DNA of 64,000 bases, from positions 5,158,791 to 5,222,790 of the forward strand of contig CM082596.2 of the NCBI GenBank assembly GCA_040954595.2, in the 5' to 3' direction. How positions within the stretch are numbered: the stretch's first letter is position 1; every line of letters starts with the position of its first letter. The notes below the pieces were generated by a model. It saw only the letters and a program-made list of their open reading frames with translations, was not told where the DNA came from and made no database searches. Below are positions 1 through 11,553 of this stretch, in pieces. Position numbers and translations under genes: made by a program. This DNA is from Balanoglossus misakiensis (Eukaryota > Animalia > Hemichordata).

Positions 1-1134
1 ACTTGAGTTGAGGGATGGAGCAGGAATGGGATATGAACGCTAGTAAGGAAAATGAAAAAAAAAACACCTTGTTCTATAAAATTGTCCTTCGTGCATTAGG
101 TATGGTGACTTCACACAGGTGCGCGCGTGGAGTGACAATGTTATGAACTTGACCTAGTTGGTCGTGGCAACAGCAGTGGGGTTTGTGCTGGTATAGGAGG
201 ACATATTCTCATCAAGGGGGACACCCACGCCATTTGTCGATAACGTGCACAGCATTGCATGTCATACAATGGTCACTGCCTGGTCAATGGCAATTGATTC
301 ACTTACTGATGGGAGCAGTGTTGTGTGATCCACATTCACAGCAGTAGTTACGACTCAGTTGACCTTTGCCACAGAGGTCATCCACCGCATCGTCGTTGTA
401 TAAGAACTTGTCGACGTGGACTGTAGACTGAGCATCACATCCAGCATTCTAAAATTAAAAGTATAGGGAGCAAATGAAACATTACCCATTGCAAATCTGA
501 TGAATGTGCTATTATACAGTATTTGAATACAGTATTCAAATACAGCACTTCCATATAAAACTAGCTCACACATGAAAGCATTGATAAGAGGAATCTCAGG
601 ATATTATTATATAAACACTCACCGGACCACTTTGGTGGTATTTAATTTGCTCGGTTTCGACAAGTCCATTAACTGGTAACTCTGAACGCAGAGACTCGGC
701 TATACTTTGAATTATAACATCTTCATTGCTCTGACAGTCCTCCTCATCACAAATCTCTGGTGAAAACAACAACAACACACAGCCATCAATAGCAAGTGAG
801 TGCATACTATTCAATTCAATCTCTATTGTACTCGACACATACTAGAAGAGAGTAAGGCATGGTACATCAAGACACATTACAAATTTAAGTGGACAATACA
901 GCAGAAGGAACTAAACATTCAACTCTACAATGCAAAAACAGACAATATGCACAATTGGTCATGGAGAGTTGAACCCTCAGCATATAAACCACAGTCGCCA
1001 GTCGCTAACCAATGAATGATGATAACTGCACACGGTTCGTTACCTTGTATCCAGTGCAGAAATTTCTTTCTGTCGTCTTGTCGTACTCGGCTGACTAACG
1101 TGTGAAATTGCGCTTTCGCTTCTTCGATGTCCAT
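1..1134 (-). CDS. Uncharacterised putative SAM-methyltransferase-family protein (resembles mouse 2700097O09Rik-type proteins); 5' four coding exons, gene continues off the left edge
   Basis: Exons 1134-1044, 756-623, 448-307 and 39-<1 join with GT-AG sites in matching phases (1,0,1). Spliced protein: MDIEEAKAQF...EQIKYHQSGP|NAGCDAQSTVHVDKFLYNDDAVDDLCGKGQLSRNYCCECGSHNTAPI|TFISHSCSIPQLK. The VHVDxFLY..LSRNYCxxCGS..FISHS block is the motif I recall for this family. The methyltransferase core itself would lie outside the window. Confidence 0.75.
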
Positions 1135-1189
1135 GCTAGGGAATGAAAGGAAAAAGCCACGTATATATCAGATGTGTTCACGTACGCTT

Positions 1190-1272
1190 ATCGCCATTTT
1201 GCAAACTTGGCGGTTCCAAGGGAATCCCTCTGACGTCATATATGAGCGGAAGTCACTTGACTTATTTGCATA
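1190..1272. promoter_or_regulatory. Housekeeping-type promoter motifs upstream of gene 1
   Basis: Within ~140 bp of the ATG at 1134: CGCCATTTT (YY1-like, ~1192), TGACGTCA (CRE, 1231), GCGGAAGT (ETS, ~1246) and ATTTGCAT (octamer, ~1264). Confidence 0.5.
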
Positions 1273-1305
1273 TCAATGAAAGCCTTCGCACCCGGCATCT
1301 TGATT

Positions 1306-1326
1306 TCTCTCTCTCTCTCTCTCTGA

Positions 1327-1363
<37 letters not shown>
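1306..1363. repeat. (CT)n microsatellite, interrupted
   Basis: Direct reading of the tctctc run. Confidence 0.95.
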
Positions 1364-2985
1364 GTAAACTTTTTTATCCAAACAATACAAAAACTTCGAA
1401 TTTTGAATTTTAGGAAATAAAAAATGCAACACGTGACCGGCCTAATGTATAACTTGCATTGTTACAGAATGAAAAAACAAAGGCTACAATTCTCTTCCGC
1501 TGCCATTACATTTTATATATGAGAATATTTTAATGTTGACGAATTTGTTATATAACACCTTTCCGGTTCTTTCTGTGTTTTCCCCCAACAAATGACAATA
1601 GGACACAGTGACTATTCAGAGATGTTAAAACGCCCCTATTTTCGGGTGGTATTGAAACCACTTCAGCTTGGCTTTCTGCACTTTAAGAAAACTATTATAC
1701 AGAGTATATCTATGAGGCTGCAATGTACATGTACCACAAAAAATGAGCTTTTGCATCCCGTAAAATTATCGCGACATATAGTTGCCCCTGCCCAACATCT
1801 ACCACATTCCCTTGTATTGTTCGACTGCCAAGAACAATGGTGGTGGTTTCAAAAGGTGCTTTTGTTGGTGCGAAAAGGTTTTGCAAAGTCTGCAAACTGG
1901 AGTGATCAATACGTTTAATTATTAAGGAGAGGACGGATGTATTAATGATTAAAACATTTGAAAATCGATGCGAGAAATCGAGTTTCTTAATTTTAGAAAG
2001 AAGCTCGTCTTCTAGGAGAGAGACGGGGTCTCGGAGATACAGTGGTCAGCCAGATTCCAAGTCCGGTTCGGCGTGGTGCATACATGGGATCGCGGCGTGA
2101 ACATTTGCATGACAGTCTGTGTCAAAAGCCGATGACAGATATCCTGTCATAACCTGTTATGGCAAAATACTAATATATGTCAATAGCTGCCCTTTTCCCG
2201 TAGGTGACACATCGCCCTTGGTGTTCGTCTGGCTTAAAGTCCCACTACAGGTAAGCATACGCCAAGACTGCATGATACTTCAACTTCCGACGTGTTTCAC
2301 CATTCGATATATCATACATCGAAATTGCACGTTTTATGTAAAGAAAAAAGGATAGTTTCTATACATTCTACGCGTCTATATATAACACAGTATAGTTTTA
2401 TACAGTTTAACTGAAGTCCCTCGGTGGGACACGTCTACACGAACTGTATCTATTTTCCGACATGTTTGACAACACTTTTCTGGGGTGAGTTTGCCGAAAT
2501 ATAGTCATCAGTTTTTAACAGGAAAAGATACTTATTTCTAATTCTAGATTAAAATAATCACTCTAATATTGCTTAGAAGGGCTAACTTGAATTGCACTGT
2601 CCGGCCCGTGGCCAATGGCAGTCAAATATATCGAAAATAATACACAGTGAAAACGAGAAAGCATCTTCTCTTGAGTGAATCTGCAAAATCATATTCTTTG
2701 AGAGAATTTTGTTCAAAAAAACGCTTCATCAACCAAAGTTAAATGGGCGTGAACTTATCCTGTCCAGATCCTTCATTACAATAAGCAAATTGTTAATATG
2801 ATTTATCAAAACGAATTTTACAAAGCAAGAGTGGGACAGTGAAAGGTGGGTTATCTAACATGTCGAAAACAATACAAAACACAAGCGAGAGATACAATTG
2901 ATAGATGATTTGTCTATACCCCACTGCATATATTAATTTTCTGGTATTAAATTCAAGACTTTGAATATTTTTTTAGGTGATCAAC

Positions 2986-5900
2986 ATGAAAGCAATGCAA
3001 GTGCTATCGATGTGTATTTTGTTGGCGTTGATAACGAAGGCTTCTTCAGAACAGAAAGGTGAGGAATGGTGATTCAGAACTGTCGTATAAGGTGGTATCA
3101 ATCCGCCACGTCCAAATGCTCTGTGAATGTTATGTGTTGCCTATCCTCTATCACATGACAATGTCCTTCCTTCTAAACTATCTAGTCACGCGAGATCTCG
3201 CAAGGTCTCGTGGAGTTCGGAAAAAGATCTACTATTATTTGACTGTAATGTGGCACTCAAGACATACGTTATCAGACACAGTCCCGTGTCTGACACAATG
3301 AAATATATTTTGGTGCGTAAATTTTTAATAGTTATTTTCATTCACTTTATATTTTAGATGAAAATGAGATGGCAACAGGTTCAAATTTGGATGCCAAGAT
3401 TGCAAAAACCCATGAACGTAATGATTTGACAAAAAAAACCGTTGCAGAAATCATTTATGGCCTGTTGGACGTGCAAGTTACGGAAGGTGAATGGATAAAA
3501 CTTGCAGTTGAAGTAATTTCAGAGGCGTTGGAAATAGATCCTGGGCTTAAAGACATTTTCGCGCAAGTTCTCAATGAAATTCAAAACGGAGAATCGTCAA
3601 CGGCAGCAGAAAGCAAACCAAAAGAAACCGTCGCACAAATCCTTTTTGATCTATTGTCAGTCAGGGTTACGGAACCAGAATTGATAAAACAAGTAGTTGA
3701 TCTCCTTTTGAGGGCTTCGGAACAAGATCCTGGGTCTACAGACATTTTCGCACAAGTTCTCAATGAAATGTCTAGTTCTGGGTCGGTAGACGAGGCTGTG
3801 TTAGAATTGGCTGGGCTTGGAATGAACGTAGAAATTTCAGACGAATTATCTGGGTCGGGAGACGAGGCTGTGTTAGAATTATCTGCGCTTGGAATGAAAG
3901 TGGAAATTTCAGACGAATTATCTGGGTCTGGGTCGGGAGACGAGGCTGTGTTAGAATTATCTGCGCTTGGAATGAAAGTGGAAATTTCAGACGAAATGTC
4001 TGGTTCTGGGTCGGGAGACGAGGCTGTGTTAGAATTATCTGCGCTTGGAATGAAAGTGGAAATTTCAGACGAATTATCTGGGTCTGGGTCGGGAGACGAG
4101 GCTGTGTTAGAATTATCTGCGCTTGGAATGAAAGTGGAAATTTCAGACGAATTATCTGGGTCTGGGTCGGGAGACGAGGCTGTGTTAGAATTATCTGCGC
4201 TTGGAATTGAATTGGAAATTTTAAATGGAATTTCTGGGCCAGACCCGACTGAGAACAGCAACGGAAATGATGAAATCGACAACAGAATTGAACACGTCGG
4301 TGAGTGTTTACCAATTACTCGATAATTTGATATAGATAACATTTTATCATAGCAGATAAATAGTAACAAATATTTCAAATCAATATGAAACAACAGCCAG
4401 GTATTTCGGCTAATGGGTCACTTGGCTTAACTGAGTACCTCGATTACTATTTCCCGTTTGCGAGAGACAAAATCGAAATGGTGTTATTTCAAAAGCGATC
4501 ACAGAGGCTACATTCCAAGATTATGGTTACCATGGAGATCTAGCTAAACACATATGTTCAGTGAGTGACCAACCCAAACAACAAATTCCACCTATTACTG
4601 TTTCTTAGTTTCCTGCACGGCTAGAAATGGAAACACCATAGGCTTACTACCTGAAGACATGTGTGATGGCACCACCAAGTGCTTTACCGGTTGGGATGAA
4701 AGTCCGCTGACGTAAGTGAAAAAGATCCTGCATTCTTTGTTATTGTTAAATGCAGTGTTGATGTTGAAGATCCATATCACCAAACGTACAATATCTACTT
4801 TGTTGCTAAACTCGTGGTCATGATCGCTATAATGATGACGTGTAGAGTGTTTTTGGCCTATTACAAACCTAACAATTATCACCAACTCAACTTTACATAT
4901 TTGGGTGATACTGTCCATCATGTCACATGTGTCATGACGTGTGTGTGAAGGTCGGAACATCTCGTCCCCATCAACCCACCAAAGATGCTGGGAGCACGAT
5001 TCACACTCACGATTGTGATAATTGAAATTCAGTGGTATATGTTTCTTGTCTTGCTGCGCAAAATTACAGGTGTAGCAAACCGTGCGCCGACGGATACGAG
5101 AAGTGTGCAGATGGATTGCAGTGTATAAGAACCGGGGACGTTTGCGATGGCGAGGAGCAATGTCTAGATGGCTCCGATGAGTCGCGCTGCGGTAGGTATA
5201 GCCACTGTGAGGCGCCATCTAATACTGTACATCACAACATGGATAACACGGATTCATGGATAACACGGATTTTTATTAATGATCTCTAGTATTTTCGGGA
5301 CTTACTTAGATCAGATTTCATATGCTAATACTTCTTGATATTTTTCGTTTACTTATTTTGTCACACTGGTTGTGTACACTGGACAGTTGTGTTGCCATCA
5401 CGATACAGAAATGATGTTCGTTACTTATTTCCAGGCAAGACAATGTCAGAATGTGCAAAGATGGACAAGTTTGCCTGTGATGGGTCATGTAAGCCTATGT
5501 CTGACCTTTGTGACATGACATTTGACTGCAGATCAGGCATCGATGAACTTGGATGCGATTATGGTGAGTTATAGCATAGACCCTAGAGAAAGGGTCTATG
5601 GTTATAGCCAGTGTGTAAATCACACTGGGCATGCAGAACATAGATTGCTTTAATTAACTGGGAATAATGTTTGGAAAACTTACCTTTCCATTGAAAATGA
5701 AAGCAGAACTGTCTCAGTATCTTGTCTCTTGAACGTTGTTGATGTCCTTGTTGTTTCAGGATGTTGAACTTCACACTGCCGCCAATTAAGTTATCTCCAA
5801 GCTTGCAGGAGATCACAATTCAGCCGCCACTGGGTTTCTCTGTAAAATTGATAATATGTCTGATTACACTTTGATTTACTTTTCTTTTACAGTTGCCGTT

Positions 5901-6327
5901 TATTCCTGCCCAAGTGTCTTCTTCCTCAACCCCAAAACGAATGAATGTGTCTCGTGGCAGGTTTTGGTACGTATGCATCCGCCTCTCTCAAACTTGTCTA
6001 AGACCAGTAGCATATCGCACGCTAACAGACTGAATGCACATTTCGTTAATAAAACAAAATAGTGAAATTAGTTTTATTAAGCAACAAATTTTAATAAGAG
6101 TATAATTATGAGACAAAACACCCGTCACCCGATATATAACCGTTTCCAGGACAAATAGAACACTCGCCCTTTCTTTCCATGATGCTGTATTTGTTAACTT
6201 TGTCATATATTCTCTTAATGTATGTTTTATTGTATTTTAGAATGAACTAGCTGGCTCTTGGAAGAACATTCTTTCCCAACAGGAAGACGACATGAAAGAC
6301 AATGGCAATGCAATACCAATCATGTAG
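2986..6327 (+). CDS. Secreted protein: signal peptide, 2x 63-aa helical repeat, 6x acidic Ser-Gly repeat, 3 LDL-receptor class A modules, short Cys-containing C-terminal module, no transmembrane segment
   Basis: Exons 2986-3058 (MKAMQVLSMCILLALITKASSEQK, signal-peptide-like), 3358-4299, 4609-4711, 5070-5191, 5435-5563, 5893-5960 or 5966, and 6241-6327 (TAG). All junctions are GT-AG and phase-compatible (1,1,2,1,1,0). LDLa signatures: CDGTTKCFTGWDES, CDGEEQCLDGSDESRC, CDMTFDCRSGIDELGC. Probable non-coding exon donor at 2250/2251 and AATAAA at 6972. Confidence 0.8.
3772..4215 (+). repeat. Coding tandem repeat, 6 units of 72-78 bp (SGSGSGDEAVLELSALGMKVEISDEL)
   Basis: GACGAGGCTG recurs at 3789, 3861, 3939, 4017, 4095 and 4173 (periods 72,78,78,78,78). 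Units are near-identical. Confidence 0.95.
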
Positions 6328-6376
6328 GATAAGGGTGACATACTTTCGTTAGCAGAAAACACAGCTACCTCACGAA

Positions 6377-6524
6377 TACAGTTAAACCGGTGTTAATAGG
6401 GGCCATCTCTATGTGGGCACTCTGTTACAGTTCCTGTGCAGTTTACATTTACACATATTGACCTGTCTCTAAAGGCCAGTTTGGAAAAGTCTCTCGACTG
6501 GCCACTATAGACAGGTGAAACTGT
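6377..6524 (-). mobile_element. Tc1/pogo-like (TA-CAGT...ACTG) MITE in the 3' UTR of the LDLa gene
   Basis: Starts tacagttaaacc and ends ggtgaaactgt. The internal sequence is the reverse complement of the related copy at 14149-14303. Confidence 0.6.
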
Positions 6525-8567
6525 GGTTCAGAAATACAGTACCATGGATGAGACCACAGTAACATTCCAAACTGTATTCAACGATATTTTGAATTTCTTC
6601 CCATAGTTACTGTTTTGGTTTAGAGAATACTGGTAGGTTTGGAAAGGCTGGTGTGATATTAATATAGTTTCAAGTTTTCATTTTCTTGAAATATGTTTAG
6701 ACCAAAATATAATACCACTCACTTCAATCAAGGCAAAAATCAATACACGTACTTGGATTGTCACATGTATATTTGATTTTATGCTTTCATCCACGATGCA
6801 CACCATATACACTACTTGCTACATAGTTGTTGTTTGACCAAGCACATTTACATAGCAGTCAGCTCTTATATTTGGTGTTAACTTCCTTGCATTGTAAATT
6901 CTTAAATTATAGCGATAACCAACTGTTGTGAATTAATGCGAGTGCCGTTTTAGGTATAAGTGAAACTGTAGAATAAAAGTGTACATTGGTTTTACATCAA
7001 ACGGTTCGTCTGTGCTTTTTTGCTTGTGTGTCATGTTTTGTTACCCGAAATATTGTGTAGCGTTGTTGGCAGCAGGGCAGGCAGAGCAGACAACCAGTGC
7101 GTCTTGGTCTACAATGACGACTAGGGATTAATTTAGGGCCCGCCCGACTAATGGATATATAGATTAGACATATATAGACACAAAACACCATCCCTCAGGA
7201 GTCACAATAAACAATCACCCATGACTCAAACCAGTAACACTGACAAGACTTTATTGACATTCAAGAGTGTATACCCACAGACAGCAAATCTGAAGTTTTC
7301 AAAATCAATGTCAGTTTAAGAAATCAGAGAGGAGTGGTCCCTCTAAAGTAATGAAAAAAAATAGAGGAATACTTGTTGAAGCACAAAAATTTTGCAATCA
7401 AACTAAACCCATGCTTCTTTGTATAATAAATAAAATGCATTGGGAAAACATGATGTATTGAAAAAAATTGGGTGGGACGTTTTGTGAAGTGATGGTGGAG
7501 AGTGCCCTCAAACATTGAATCCTTACTTTTAATATTACATCGACTTGAAATGAATTATAAAAAAATAAACATGGGAAAAGAAGGCACAGATCATAATTTT
7601 GCGAAAAATCTTGGCATGCAGGATAGAATCCTACTTCCACAATATATAAAGTTAACATAACTTACACAGAAAAAAATCCTCGCGTTTGGAAAGTTTTATG
7701 AAATATATCATCAAGAAAATGGACAGTTCGCTGGTTGAAAAAAACGTGCCATGCCAATGGTGTCATGTCAATGAAAACTGTCTGGTTCTGATGCAATATC
7801 ATAATTGTATAATTTTTGTAAACAAGTGATACTAAGCTGCTATGTACAATGATATACTGATTATAATTATTATTATCAGAATGTAAATATATATCCATAG
7901 ACAGTATGTCTATGGTGTAACTGACATGTGATTCAATCTGACATCATTAAACACTGCCTACTGAAGGGATTCTGTCCACTCAGTACATTTTAATAAATTA
8001 TTATGCGAGTATTTTTGGGGGGATGGATTTTGTTTGTGAGTGGTGGGTATATTATGATTAGGATTTCAAGCAAAAACCTGAAATGGTGGAAACCAGACAC
8101 ACACATAAAACAAGCCATGGCTTACCAAAGTTTGATCTACTCTACAGAATAATTTATTGAGATTCCTTATATATCACTAGGAGGGTCACACCTGAAGTAA
8201 CTGTCACTTGACCTCATTCATGACACAGTGCAATGATTAGGCTGCATGTCATAAAATTTTTTTTCCAAGGGCAGGTACTGGTATATAATCACCGTCACTG
8301 ACTCAACATGTCTAAGTCCAGCTATATATTTAACATACATGGATATTTTAGACAAAACTGAATCACATCTTTTTTTCAAAAAGTCTGTCATACAAGTCCA
8401 GGAATGCAGAAATTTTTGTAATTCTTTAACTTTTCTATGATTGGTAAATTTTCCCTGATTTTCTTGTGAAATAGTATTGTCACAGATAGCCAACTGTCTT
8501 TCTGTATCCCTGCATGTTAGAATTAAAACCTCAATGGCATCACAACTTTGACGTTAATGAGTATTCC

Positions 8568-9527
8568 TTATTCGATACCATGGGCAAATATCATGACGAG
8601 TCCTGGTTCCACGTTGAAATCTTCGCCCATGTGTTGGTTATCGTGAGACATGACCACCACCGCTTGCTTCCCGGGGATGCGTCTGGTGACGTACTGTTCG
8701 TACGTGTGGCGATTCAGCTGCCGTGTTTCCAGGGTGGCCAGCCCGGGCGGCCACCTGCGCTCGTGGGCGTTGTCCATCAACTGATTGACGATGTGGGAGG
8801 GGCTTCCGCTGTCAATCAACGAGCGCTTGATGACGGCCTGCAAGACCGCGTCCGGGGTGGAGATCATCCCGCCCCAGCGGGTCACTCGCGATATGGGCAG
8901 CGAGTTGGCCCAGCGGATGACTTCGTTCGTTTCAATCTCGTCCTCGATCGCGCGGATAGTCGGGCTGGGGTTCGGGTTGGCGCAGCGGATGGCCCGCATG
9001 TACTCCTTCAGCATCTGCAGCTCCCGCTTCTGCTCCGTGTACATCCGCTTGATGTCGACCAGTTCCGTCTGGAAGTCGCACATTTTGGTCTGCTGCTGCT
9101 GCACCAGCGAGCGCAGCTCACGGACGCAGTTGTGCGACTTGAGTTCGTCCTTGGGGATGACCAGTCCGCAGCCTTGCTCGCAGTGGACCGGCCGCTTCGG
9201 GTTGTGCTCGCACTCGTCCAGATGCTGCTGCAACGCGTCCAGCTTGACCACATTGCCGCACCCAAATTTGGCGTTGTCGCAGGCGATGTTCAGACGCGCC
9301 AGTAAATTGCGGAGTATGCGCGGCACGGGCTTGAGCTGAGCCGGCGTGATCGCAATGCGGTCCACGGGACAGGTGTGTTGCCGCGACAACCACTCTTGAA
9401 TGCACGACGAGCAGAACGCATGTTCACACTGGGGTGCCTGGACAGGGTCTTCCAGGACACCACCGCATATAGGACAGAGCAGTTCCTCATCAACATCACC
9501 TTGGAAACGGCCAACTTCAAAACCCAT
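8568..9527 (-). CDS. RNF41: E3 ubiquitin-protein ligase NRDP1 / RNF41
   Basis: 319-aa uninterrupted ORF with RING (CPICGGVLEDPVQAPQCEHAFCSSCIQEW..CPVDR), TRAF/SIAH-type Zn fingers, coiled coil and the USP8-interacting C-terminal domain (RVTRWGGMISTPD...EPGLVMIFAHGIE). Acceptor at 9542-9543, upstream 5'UTR exon donor at 11046, minus-strand AATAAA at 7250-7255. Confidence 0.98.
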   Translation of the reverse strand: MGFEVGRFQGDVDEELLCPICGGVLEDPVQAPQCEHAFCSSCIQEWLSRQHTCPVDRIAITPAQLKPVPRILRNLLARLNIACDNAKFGCGNVVKLDALQQHLDECEHNPKRPVHCEQGCGLVIPKDELKSHNCVRELRSLVQQQQTKMCDFQTELVDIKRMYTEQKRELQMLKEYMRAIRCANPNPSPTIRAIEDEIETNEVIRWANSLPISRVTRWGGMISTPDAVLQAVIKRSLIDSGSPSHIVNQLMDNAHERRWPPGLATLETRQLNRHTYEQYVTRRIPGKQAVVVMSHDNQHMGEDFNVEPGLVMIFAHGIE

Positions 9528-11046
9528 CTTGGACGCAGTTACTGCAATGCAAAATAAACAATGTTAATACAACACTGATTAAAAAAAGAATTGTGTACAG
9601 TGTCAGTTTGTTTTCATGATTAACCAAATTTAAAGATACTATTAGCCAGGGACCAAAGCCAGGGATCAAAGTCAATGGCAGTAATCTACCATTTTTCTTT
9701 TAAATTCAAATTTATACTTTTGCAGATGATATGATCACAAATTTAATTCTGATGTTCATAGAAATATACAGCTGGCATAAACTTGAGGACACCCACAATG
9801 TTTTGCTCGGAGCACACACACTTGACCCTCATATCCAATTATTTTGAAATACACACTTGACCCCCACTAGCTTGCTAATATGTACACTACACTGCTAATT
9901 ATTAATTTGTTTATGTAACAAAAAGGGTATCAGCTTGACCTGGCCATCTAATTATCACGTTATCTTTAGTGGCTGTGAAAATTAGTTTTATTTCCAAACC
10001 ACACTGTGTGAGTCTCTATACCAATTCGGGTACTTGGCTATGCAAATATTTCCATAATGAAGTTCGGTATTTATTAGCACGAATTCCAATGTATCCCCCA
10101 CTACAATGTGCGCGTCTGAATAGTTCAAAAGGTCAATCCTGTGTGTATGGTACGACACGTTTTGAATCGTATCTTTTTTTTCATTTCTACAATTTAGAAA
10201 ATGTCATATCCTGAACTGCCAAATCCCCAGTATGTGGTTGTACCAGATGTCCAGAATGGGAAACGCTACCCTGCTTGCATTGCCACACCCACGGAGACTT
10301 GTCCCACAATTGCCCGATCACTGTGCAAAGCCAGTTTCATGGCCATGTGAATCACACCCTGATATCCTACTAGACCGTGAAACATACACCACGGATAGAA
10401 GGAACAGAGCTAGCCAGATGGGAAATAAGGGAACTTCAATGTCTCATAGTTAAAATCACCAAATGTTTCATCAAATTCTGAGTTTAGAGCATAAAATCAA
10501 CTGGGCAAATGGGAGGATAATACCTAATCTGACTATCTGATGAGAAATGTTCAACAGTATAATGAGCATCTAAGGAATTTATTTTGATGTTTTATTGTAG
10601 AGTAAAAAAGTGACATGCAGTTTATTTGCTCACTTTATCATTAAATTATTATCAAGTAGGCAAAAATGAAATAAGCATACCGTATGTAGCCCTCATTTAC
10701 ATATGAATCAAGAGTATGGCTTGAAGTGTGATCACCAACTTGGCAAAACTGTAACATATCTAATATGTAGTTTCGAGAATTAAAGAATGATCTGTTTTTA
10801 ACAGGGTGTATTTCGTTACTTTATTCTACGCCTGAAACTTGGCGAATGTTCGGTGAAATACACTCCGAAATTAAACGCCGGTTCAGACGAGGATTTTAGG
10901 GATTCGTGTCCCCCACCATATTACACTTACAGGATGTCAACAAACATTATCACCAACACATTTTGAAGAAAGTCACCGTACGGTGGCAAAATTTTACCTA
11001 TGCTTTGATAAGGTAGGAAAGTGGGCATAAAACTTGCTTGACTTAC

Positions 11047-11553
11047 CGTTTTGCTCATAATCTTGAGTGAGAAGACTCTTGAAAATGCGGAATTCTCTCA
11101 GTGATCGCAGGATATCTTGCAGACCTGAAACACCTCACCCGATGCAGACGCATGCGTACAGACACGCCGCCGATCGATGGCGCTGTCATTGACGTCACCA
11201 ACCATGTGACAAAAATCCCGGGATTGGTTAAAACGAGGCTCAGTGGTGGCCAAGGTAGAATGAGGGAATCCCGACGCGTGCCTTTGCTCCAAATTTAGAC
11301 CAGTTTCCATGGAAACGAAGTCACCTGATACTATCCATTGTGACAGTGTGTTCACCTGGAGGATGGCGTAATGGCATCGCAATCGGCCAATAAATCGTAA
11401 CATATTCGGCGCCTGGGATGCGCGAGGCACAGCGTGGGGATTGGTGATCGAGTTGTTTTTGCATGCTGAAAAGCATTGAGCCTACATCAACGCCAGTAGT
11501 AACATATCGAAGCAGATCGCGCTAACCAAGGGATCGGGCTCACTTTCACGAAA
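11047..11553. promoter_or_regulatory. Bidirectional CpG-rich promoter shared by RNF41 (-) and SETD2 (+)
   Basis: RNF41 first-exon donor at 11046 and SETD2 ATG at 11554. Between them: TGACGTCA (11190), CCAAT/ATTGG boxes (~11223, ~11387, ~11440) and a perfect RFX X-box GTTTCCATGGAAAC (11303-11316). Confidence 0.75.

Noticed and set aside
3772-4215. Regular repeat array as a possible CRISPR
   Set aside because: No unique spacers, in-frame coding tandem repeat, eukaryotic context, no cas genes.
3581-4393. Long minus-strand ORFs (270 aa, 180 aa)
   Set aside because: Antisense shadows of the stop-poor 78-bp coding repeat; the plus-strand frame has a signal peptide and splice support.
8514-9557. 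Overlapping ORFs on both strands of RNF41
   Set aside because: By-products of high GC3 codon usage; no recognisable domains.
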